The position numbers and the translations under genes are program-made. A DNA stretch of 64,000 nucleotides, taken from positions 1,120,001-1,184,000 of the forward strand of contig CBDAON010000004.1 in NCBI GenBank assembly GCA_965198065.1, given 5' to 3'. The notes under the pieces are model-generated. The model worked only from the letters and a program-made list of their open reading frames with translations. It searched no databases and was not told where the DNA came from. This DNA is from Longimicrobiales bacterium (GTDB lineage Bacteria > Gemmatimonadota > Gemmatimonadetes > Longimicrobiales > Gaopeijiaceae). Shown piece by piece: positions 17,277 through 25,500 of this stretch. Within the stretch, counting starts at the first letter, position 1; every line of letters starts with the position of its first letter.

Positions 17277-19157
17277 TTGGACTTCTTCGAGGCGCAGGAC
17301 CACGCGGTTACGCGAAGCCGAACGCTCGTCCTGTTCTTCCTCGCCGCCGTGCTCTCCATGATTGCCGTGGTCTACGGTGCGGTCCTCGTCCTCCTCGGGC
17401 TCTGGGGGACGGGAGGCACCGGAGCCACTTGGATCCACCCCGAGCTCCTCGCGGCCGTCGCGGGCGGGATGACGTTCGTGATCGGGACGGGTGCTGTCGT
17501 TCGAACCGCGCAGCTCCGAAAGGGTGGCTCCGCCGTGGCCTCGCTCCTCGGTGGCGTGCGGGTGCGGCCGGACACGCGGGACCTGGCGGAGCGTCAGCTC
17601 CTGAATGTGGTCGAGGAGATGTCCATCGCTTCGGGCGTGCCCGTGCCCGCCGTGTTCGTGCTGGGTGACGAGACGGGCATCAACGCATTCGCCGCGGGGC
17701 ACACAATCCACGACGCGGCCATCGCAGTGACACGGGGTACGCTCGAGTCCTTGACCCGGGACGAGCTCCAGGGGGTCGTAGCCCACGAGTTCAGCCACAT
17801 CCTGAACGGAGACATGAGGCTGAACCTGCGTCTGATGGGCCTCCTTTACGGGATCCTGCTTCTCACGATCATCGGACGGGTTCTCGCCCGAAGCGGCGGA
17901 GGCCGACGCGGCCGCAACCGGGGTGCCCAGGTCGCGCTCCTCGGGCTCTTCTTCATCCTGCTCGGATATCTGGGGGTCTTCTTCGGACGGCTGATCCAGG
18001 CGGCCGTCTCCCGCCAGCGAGAGTATCTGGCGGACGCTTCGGCCGTGCAGTTTACCCGGAATCGGGACGGGATCGGAGGAGCACTGAAGAAGATCGGGGG
18101 ATGGCGCGGGAGCCGGATTCGGGACGCTCACGCGGCCGAGGTGGGGCACTTCTTCTTCGCGTCGGGGGTGCGGGGGGCCTTCCTCGGCGCGTTCGCCACC
18201 CATCCCCCGCTCGAGGACCGGATCCGCCGGATCGACCCCACGTGGGACGGCCAGCTTCTCGACATCGAGCGAGGAGCCGAGGCACCGTCCGGCGCCCTCC
18301 GAGCCGGGCTCACGGCCGCGGCGCCCCAGGCGCCCGCTCCCCCGGCCGCCCAGGGCGGTCAGGCAGAGATCGCTCCCACCCCGGCGGCCGTCCTCGCCAG
18401 CGTCGGGACCCTCGCGCCCGCGCATCTCGCGTACGCGAAAGGCGTCGTCGACCGGCTGCCCCCGGAGGTCCTAGCCGCGATCCACACTCCCGCCGGGGCG
18501 TCGGACGTGGTCTCGGCGCTCCTCCTCTCCGGCGACGCGGAGCTCAGGGCTCGACAGCTCGAGATCGTGCGAGCGACGAGGGGACCTGAAGAGGCCGAGG
18601 ACGTCCGCCGGATGTGGGAGGGCATCCATTCGCTCGGGCGCGACGTTCGACTCCCGATACTCGAGCTCACACTCCCCGCGCTACGCGAGCTCTCCCCGGG
18701 AGAGGCGGCGGCCCTCCAGGTCGCGGTGCCCCGGCTCATCCGGGCCGACGGCCGAGTCCTTCCGTTCGAGTTCGCGCTCTTTCACGTCCTCCAGCGTCAC
18801 CTGCCGGGACCGGGCAGCACCACGCCGGGGGCACGGAGGGGGCACCTCGGGCTCGACCAGGTCCGGAGTGAGGCAAAGGTCGTGCTCGCGGCCGTCGCAG
18901 AGGCCGGCTCGTTTCCAGAAGCCACGTCGGACGAGGTCGGCACGCTCGACCTGGAGCGGGTGGACGCGGCCCTCGAGCGGTTGGCGCTCGCCGCGCCCGG
19001 CGTTCGGAGGGGGATCCTCAAGGCCGCCATAGAATCCGCCCTCGGAGACGGCCGCCTCCGGCCCGCCGAGGTGGCGGTGGTCCGAGCCATTGCCGAAGCC
19101 CTGGACGTGCCGCTTCCGCCCCTGACCGGAGCCGCCTTCGTCACTTCCCGTCCGTGA
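17277..19157 (+). CDS. M48 (HtpX-like) membrane metallopeptidase with a long C-terminal domain
   Basis: TTG start (DFFEAQD), INAFAAG, AHEFSH, SRQREYLADA, THPPLEDRI. This is the typical partner of lemA. Confidence 0.88.
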   Translation: MDFFEAQDHAVTRSRTLVLFFLAAVLSMIAVVYGAVLVLLGLWGTGGTGATWIHPELLAAVAGGMTFVIGTGAVVRTAQLRKGGSAVASLLGGVRVRPDTRDLAERQLLNVVEEMSIASGVPVPAVFVLGDETGINAFAAGHTIHDAAIAVTRGTLESLTRDELQGVVAHEFSHILNGDMRLNLRLMGLLYGILLLTIIGRVLARSGGGRRGRNRGAQVALLGLFFILLGYLGVFFGRLIQAAVSRQREYLADASAVQFTRNRDGIGGALKKIGGWRGSRIRDAHAAEVGHFFFASGVRGAFLGAFATHPPLEDRIRRIDPTWDGQLLDIERGAEAPSGALRAGLTAAAPQAPAPPAAQGGQAEIAPTPAAVLASVGTLAPAHLAYAKGVVDRLPPEVLAAIHTPAGASDVVSALLLSGDAELRARQLEIVRATRGPEEAEDVRRMWEGIHSLGRDVRLPILELTLPALRELSPGEAAALQVAVPRLIRADGRVLPFEFALFHVLQRHLPGPGSTTPGARRGHLGLDQVRSEAKVVLAAVAEAGSFPEATSDEVGTLDLERVDAALERLALAAPGVRRGILKAAIESALGDGRLRPAEVAVVRAIAEALDVPLPPLTGAAFVTSRP

Positions 19158-19746
19158 ACGGCGAGAGTAGGTCCACTCGCTCCCCCCGCTTCGACACCTC
19201 GATCAGGCGATCGAGCCGCCTGAGCTGGGTGTCCTCTCGTTTCGCCGACATCACCCAGCGCCTCGTGGTCTTCTGATAGCCGGGTGGTTGAGAGGTAAAA
19301 TGCCGCCAGGCTGTGCGGCTCGCCCTGAACCTCCTCTCCAGCTCCGGAGCGAAGGAAGCGATCTCGTCCCGTTCAAGGGCATAGGCCCCGGATCGCTCTG
19401 CCGCGCGCTCCTCGAAGGCTCTAAGCCCAGGAGGCATCATGCGGCCCTCCGCGATGAGGCGCTCGACGCTATTGATGTTCTTCAGGCTCCAGACGCTCGT
19501 CGCCCGCCTCGGGGTGAAGCGTATCTTGTAGCTCTCGGGGTCGATGCCCTTCCGCACGCCGTCGATCCACCCGAAGCAGAGCGCTTCGTCCACGGACTGG
19601 TCCCAAGTCATCGAGGGCTTGCCGGTGGCTACCTTGTAGAAGCCGACCCAGAGCTCGCTGCGGTCGGCGTGGTGCCTGGCGAGCCAGCTTCGGAAGGCCG
19701 CTGGCGTGAGGAAAGAGACAGGTTTTTCCGCTGGACGCCCCAACAT
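19141..19746 (-). CDS. YdeI/OmpD-associated (bacteriocin-protection) family protein
   Basis: WVGFYK, DEALCFGWIDG, RFTPRR, WS-x-KN, SAKREDT. Confidence 0.88.
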   Translation of the reverse strand: MLGRPAEKPVSFLTPAAFRSWLARHHADRSELWVGFYKVATGKPSMTWDQSVDEALCFGWIDGVRKGIDPESYKIRFTPRRATSVWSLKNINSVERLIAEGRMMPPGLRAFEERAAERSGAYALERDEIASFAPELERRFRASRTAWRHFTSQPPGYQKTTRRWVMSAKREDTQLRRLDRLIEVSKRGERVDLLSPFTDGK

Positions 19747-19916
19747 AGATCTACTGATGTCCGATAAACTCGAAGGGCAGCCCGAGCGAACGTGAAGCCC
19801 AAGCCGCCACCAGTTGCTAGCCGGCGTTGAGCTCGCCGTTTCCGACGAGCACCTTGGCGCTCCTCTCGCTACAGCGAGGGAGCCTCACGCGCCTTAGCAC
19901 ATCCGCCCACTCGGGC

Positions 19917-20636
19917 TCAGGCGGGAGGCGCCGGCGGCGAAGGCGTCCCAAACACGATGTCCGTTATCGCCTTGAGGCTCCGACGACCGTAACGGAACGG
20001 AATAATCAACCGGAGTGGCGCACCGTGGTCGGCGGGGATCGGCTCGTCATTCATCATCCACGCGAGCATCACCTGGCGATGCCGAAGCGTCGCTATGTCC
20101 TCGACGACATCGGCCCCGTCGGCAGCGGTCAAGCGGACGTAGTGCGCGCCTGGAATCAACCCCAGCATGTCCGCGAAGTCGCTGAAGCGCACGCCTGTCC
20201 ACTTGACTATACCGCTGGGAAGAGGGGCTCCGCACTGCATGAGGTAGGTGCCCGAGACCCGAGGCAGCCGCTCGAGGTCGGAAAACCGAAGCGTCCCGCG
20301 AAGCCGACCGAGTCCTCTCGTGTCCACACGTATCGCCATGTTTCGGTAGTCATACTCCCCGGGGGGAGGCGTGCGATCTGGTGTTCGCCACATCAACCGA
20401 CCTTCGATCGGGCCCGCCGCGCTCTCGGGATGTTCGGGCGCGGACCCGTCTGGATTGATCGGAAGGGGCGCCGGAAAACCCTCGCGGAGCGCGGTTTCCT
20501 CTAACGTGGCGGGCCATTCCTGCGCTTGCTGGGGCGTAGCCTGCCCGACCACTTGCTCTGCATTGATCATGCGCAGGGACAAAGCCGCCAGGGTGGAGCT
20601 CGACAGAACGAGAGCGTCACGGCGTGTGATGTTCAT
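19917..20636 (-). CDS. Tat-exported molybdopterin-dependent oxidoreductase (sulfite oxidase/MsrP family)
   Basis: TRRDAL Tat motif, MQC (Mo-ligand Cys), WTGVRF, HGAPLRLIIPFRYG-x2-SLK. Confidence 0.8.
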   Translation of the reverse strand: MNITRRDALVLSSSTLAALSLRMINAEQVVGQATPQQAQEWPATLEETALREGFPAPLPINPDGSAPEHPESAAGPIEGRLMWRTPDRTPPPGEYDYRNMAIRVDTRGLGRLRGTLRFSDLERLPRVSGTYLMQCGAPLPSGIVKWTGVRFSDFADMLGLIPGAHYVRLTAADGADVVEDIATLRHRQVMLAWMMNDEPIPADHGAPLRLIIPFRYGRRSLKAITDIVFGTPSPPAPPA

Positions 20637-20691
20637 TGGGTGCGTCCGGCTGGAGGGGTGACAAAAGACGCGTCGCGATTACGGAGCTTCC

Positions 20692-21471
20692 CTACTGCGG
20701 CACTCGGCGCTCGGCGATGTTCAGATCCGAGAGGATCTTGACCCGGGAGGTGAGGGCCGCCTTCATCTTCATGGGCGGCTTCATGATCTCGCGGAGCGCG
20801 CCGTCGATCCGGTAGCGGACCCGGATTTCCTTCTCGTACGGCTCGATGTGGATGTCGGAGACACCCTTCATCACCGCGTCCGTCAGGAGGCCGTTGATGA
20901 ACTTTACGACGGGGGCTGCGTCCACCTCCGCCTGGAGGGTGGCGACCGAGACCTCCTCCTCCTTCTCCTCGACGAACTCGACCTCCTCGTCGTCCTCGAC
21001 GACCGAGAGGAGCTCGGCCATGCGGTCGTCCACGACCTCGTAGTAGTTCTCGAGGTGCTTCCGGAGCGTGTACTCCCCTACGATGACGGGCTCGATGTCG
21101 TAGCGCGTCATGAACTTCAGGTCGTCGATGGCCCCGAGGTCCGTGGGATTGGCCATCGCGACGGTCAGCGTCCGCCCCACCCTCCGGAGCGGGAGGACGA
21201 GGTGCTTTAGCGCCACCTCGCTGGGAATGACCTTCAGAATCTTCGCGTCGACGGTGATCTTCTCGAGGTCAACGGCGGGCACCCGGTACTGCTTGGCGAG
21301 CATCCGGGTGAGCTCTTCCTCCTCCACGAACCCTAGCTTCACGAGCGCGTAGCCCACGCGCATCTTGGACTCCTTCGCTTCCACGAGGGCGTCCTTGAGC
21401 TGCTGCTCGGTGACGAGCCCCTCGCGTACGAAGAGGTCCCCGAGGCGGTCCTGGGCTACGTTTGTGGCCAT
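20692..21471 (-). pseudogene. pilB: Truncated type IV pilus assembly ATPase PilB (MshEN plus start of the ATPase region only)
   Basis: RLGDLFVREGLV MshEN motif, APVVKFIN, SDIHIEP, RYRIDG, NIAERRVPQ then TAG where DGR is expected. No Walker A follows. Confidence 0.85.
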
Positions 21472-21730
21472 TCCTTGGCTTGGAATCCTTTTCCAACTGA
21501 TAAGCGCGTGAGCCGGCGCGGCGGGACCCCCTGGGGCACGGGCGTGCCCGTACCCGGAGAGTCGCCGACCGTGGGCGTCGTGTCCTCCGTGACCGGGCGC
21601 TCAAACCGTGGAGAAAGGTAGGTTTCGCCGGGTGCGGTGGTCAAGCGAACGCCCGCAGGGGGGAACGCTTGATACGAAAAGAGCGGCAGGTTGGTTGAGG
21701 GCGTGTTGCGGGGGCGCCCGATGGGGCGCC

Positions 21731-22429
21731 TCAGGGTCCGGCGCGGACGAGTGGACGCAGGCGCTCGAGGGTGACGGGACCGATCCCGGACACGTCGAGC
21801 AGATCGTCGACGCTTCGAAGCCGCCCGGCGCGTGCCCTGTGCTCGACGATGCGGCCGGCCAGCGCGGGCCCGATGCCCGGGAGGGCCTGGAGCTCCGCCG
21901 CGCTTGCTCGGTTCAGGTCGAGCCGCTCGGAGACGGGGGCGGCCGTTGGGACCCGGGTGGAGGAGCCCAAGGCGCCGGACGGGCGCGACGCGGAAACGGA
22001 CGACGCACGAGACGCGGCCGCACCCGAGCCAATCGGAGGGTTCGAGAGGTCCAGGACGGACTCGAACCGGGCGAGGGTCGCGGGGCCGATCCCCGACATG
22101 CGCAGGAGATCCGAGGGACTCCGAAAGGGTCCGTCCTGCTCACGGCTCTCCACGATCCTCTGCGCCAGGGCCGGCCCGATGCTGGGCAAGCGAGCGAGCT
22201 CCACGTCCGGGTCCCGGTTCGGATCCACGCGCTCACCTGGCGCGAGAGGGGTCGCCATCCGCTCCTCCCGCTCAATGGCTGCCCGCGTCTCCTCGACCAG
22301 CTCCACAGGCACGGGGGTGGGCGGGAGGATGGGTGGACCGGGGCGCGCCTCCCACGCCAAGCGGAGGAAGCTCGCGGCCAGGAGGAGGACGCTGGTGACG
22401 ACGACGGTGCGGCGCTCTTCGTCGGACAC
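21731..22429 (-). CDS. comEA: ComEA-family helix-hairpin-helix DNA-binding protein (two HhH modules)
   Basis: N-terminal TM segment and two L-x2-LP-x-IGPALA-x-RIV...GIGP-x-TL modules. Confidence 0.85.
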   Translation of the reverse strand: MSDEERRTVVVTSVLLLAASFLRLAWEARPGPPILPPTPVPVELVEETRAAIEREERMATPLAPGERVDPNRDPDVELARLPSIGPALAQRIVESREQDGPFRSPSDLLRMSGIGPATLARFESVLDLSNPPIGSGAAASRASSVSASRPSGALGSSTRVPTAAPVSERLDLNRASAAELQALPGIGPALAGRIVEHRARAGRLRSVDDLLDVSGIGPVTLERLRPLVRAGP

Positions 22430-22545
22430 GTCGTGAGGTTCAGCGCCGCCGTGGGGAGCCGGAATAGCCGGGTGAGTCGCCGGTGTTACAGCCGCGCCGG
22501 CCGCGGGCGTTTACGGGAGCGGCATGGCCGCGCGCCGAGCGCCGC

Positions 22546-25500
22546 TCAGAAGGGATCGGGCGTGCCCTGGAGCTGTCCCACCGGCCCGGCCTCGATCACC
22601 AGCCGTCCCCAGAGTCCCATATGGAGCTGCGTGAACCCAGTCCGAAGCCCCACGAAAGATCGTCGATCGACCAGGCTCACCTGCCCGCCCACCTCCACTC
22701 CCTGGAGCACCGTCTCGAGGGCGAGCTGCACCCCGCGGTTCACCTGATCGATGAATCCGACGCAGCCCGCTCCCGCCACCGCGACCCGGCACTCGAGCAC
22801 CTCGCTGTAGTCCACGGAAAGCGAGATCCGCGGCGCGGTGGCGGCCTGGGCAAGCAGCCTCGCCGCCTGGGGAAGGCGGCTCTCCACGGAGAACCGGTGC
22901 TCGACCTGGGCCCGATCCGTGGTCCCGGTGGGATCCCTAACCTGCCCCCAAACGAGCTGACTCCGGTATCGCGTGACCACGCCCCCCACCCACTCGAGAG
23001 CGACTTCGACCGGGACCCTTCGGTCCACGCGCATCCTCCTCTGGAGGAGCCCGCCCACGTAGCTCGATTCGTCCCGGGTGCGCTGGAACCCCACGCTCGC
23101 CGAAGCCCCCGCGAGCATCCCCTCCCAGGCCGCCGGGAACGGAAGGTCCCCGACCCCGACCCTGAGATCCGGCCAAATCCGCCCCCGACCTTCTCGATCG
23201 GACCTGCGGTCCAGCGACTCCGTGCGCGTCGTCTGGTAGTTCACGTTCACGAAGAACGAGCCGGGTAGCTGGAGCCCAGACCCGGCCGAGAGCCCCCGCC
23301 GGGCGGCCAGCGTCGTGGCCGTGACTTGATCGAGCGCCTCGAAGCTCCCCGTGCTGCCCCATCCGAGCTGGAAGGCGGCCCCCGGGTCCACCCCCTCCCG
23401 GTGGAAGCGGGACGTGATCCCGTCCTGCCAGCTCACCGTGAGGGGGCTCACTGCCCCGGCCACGATGCGCACGATCCCGGCGAGCGTGGACTCCTCGGGG
23501 CCGGGGGTGCCGGCCACCCCGCCCGGCGCAGCGACGCCACCATCCGGTCCCCCACCGCCCGAGCCCGCGGGAGCGGGCCCCAGCAGCTCCACCAAGAACC
23601 CGTCCGGATCCACTGTCAGCGTGGCTCGAAGTTCCCGCTCGCCGCGGGCGTTTCGAAGAAGTCGGGGAATGGAGTCCGGAAGGGTCTCAAAGCGCACGAA
23701 GCCCGGATCCTGCTCCCCCAGATATCTCGTCTGAATCCCGAGGTCCGCACGGAGCCAGGGCGGGAGATCCGGCTGGAAGGTGAGACGCCCTACCACCTCG
23801 CGCCTCGTCTCCCATCCCACGTCGGCGCCTAGGAGCCTCCGGCGCTCGGCCTCCACCGCGGGGCGGACCCGCGGATCCCGGACTCCATCGACGGGATCGA
23901 GCAGGTCCCTCGCCGTGATCAAGTCGACCGAGAGCCCCATCCCCACGAAGGGGCGGAACGCGAGCCGCGCGCTCGTCTCGAGGCGCGCCTCGGGGGCCGA
24001 AGTGCTTCGCGCAGCGGGGCCCTCGGCGTCCACAACGATCTCCTCGAAGCGGTCGAGCGTGAGGCTCCGCCTGTAGAGGCCGCTCCGCACCCCGATCTCC
24101 TCCGGCATCCACCGAAGGTCGGCCTCGAGGAAGCGATCGAGGAGGAAGCCGGGGACAAGGATCCTCACCACGGGCTCGAGGAGGTCCGGCACGAGCGGGA
24201 TCGTGCGACTCTCGGGGCGCCACGTGTACCCCGCGCCTCCGTCCACCTGGGACGAGCGCGTCTCGCCGGTCGGCGTGGTGCCGGACAGCCCCGTGACCGT
24301 GAGTCCTAGGTCGAGCCCCCCGAGGGCACGGTCCACCCACGTCCGACCCGTCGCTCCCTCGGAGCGAAAGGCGAGCGAGACCCGCGTCTCGGTCACCCCC
24401 GGGGTGCGCAGCCCCGGGAGCTCGTCGGCCCGGAGGTCCGTCTGGCTCAGGAACAGCGGGTCCCCGGCCGACTTGAGGTGCGCCACGGAGAACGGGAGGT
24501 CCCACCCCCACTCGGCGGGGACCAGAGCGCCCAGCTGGAGGGTCCCCGACAGGGAGACCGCGCTCTCCGACTGGTACGTTGGGTTCTCCTCCAGCTGGCG
24601 GAAGAAGGGGCCCGTCCCCGTATACCCGAAGCGGGCCTGGAGGAGCTCGCCTCCGTCCAGCTCCATGGTCAGATACCGGGCCGTGCCGGTCGTCCGGATC
24701 CCGCGCCCGAGCCGGAGATCGTTCACCCACACCTCGCCGCTCACGGGTAGGATCGAACGGTTCCACACGCCGATGGAGATCTCCCGCACGGCCGCGAGGT
24801 TCGGGGCTCGTGCACGATCCTTCAGGACGACCGCATACGTCGAGTCCGCGCTCCACTCGATCACGGGCGGGTCGCCAGGACCGGGGGGGTCGTCTAGCAG
24901 CCGCTGCTCGGCTCGCCGACGGAGGCTCGTCCACTCGTGAAAGTGTAGGACCCGCTCCGGCAGCCAGTCCTCCGGGACCACCGCGACCGCGCTCGCAGCC
25001 GGGACCATCCGGGAGCGGTACAGATAGAAGTTCTCGGCGTCCGTCCCCACCTTCACGAAGAAGTCGCTGGGAACGGACTCTCCCCAGGTGCCGGCTCGCG
25101 CGACGGCCCACAGCCGGAGCTCCCCGTAGGCCAGGAAGTTCTGAGGCCTCTGGAGAAACCGGAAGTAGACCTCCGCCCGGTCTCCCGGCGCTACGTCCTC
25201 GTAGCGGAGCGCGAGCGACTTCTCGTTGAACTCGACGCCCCGCCCCGACACGACGGCGGTGGGGTCGTCCAGGAGCTCCAGCACCCCGGGCGGGGCCTGG
25301 TAGGCCGCTTCGGAGACGACGCTCACCGGGGTCACCTCGAGGCGGCCTCCGAGCGCGAGCGTGTCGCCCCCGATCCCGCGGAGCACTCCTCCGACGCTGC
25401 GCTTCACCCACCGGGACCCCACGAGCCGCATGCGCGCAAGCGTGAGGGTCGAGGCGCGCCTTCCCACGACCGTCACCCGCATGACCTGGATGGACCGCCA

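Noticed and set aside
19785..19832. attC-like element upstream of ydeI (minus strand GCTCAAC...GCGGCTT...GTTCGCT)
   Set aside because: It is only 48 bp, the R' box does not fit GTTRRRY, arm pairing is poor, and there is no integrase or second site. At most a degenerate remnant.
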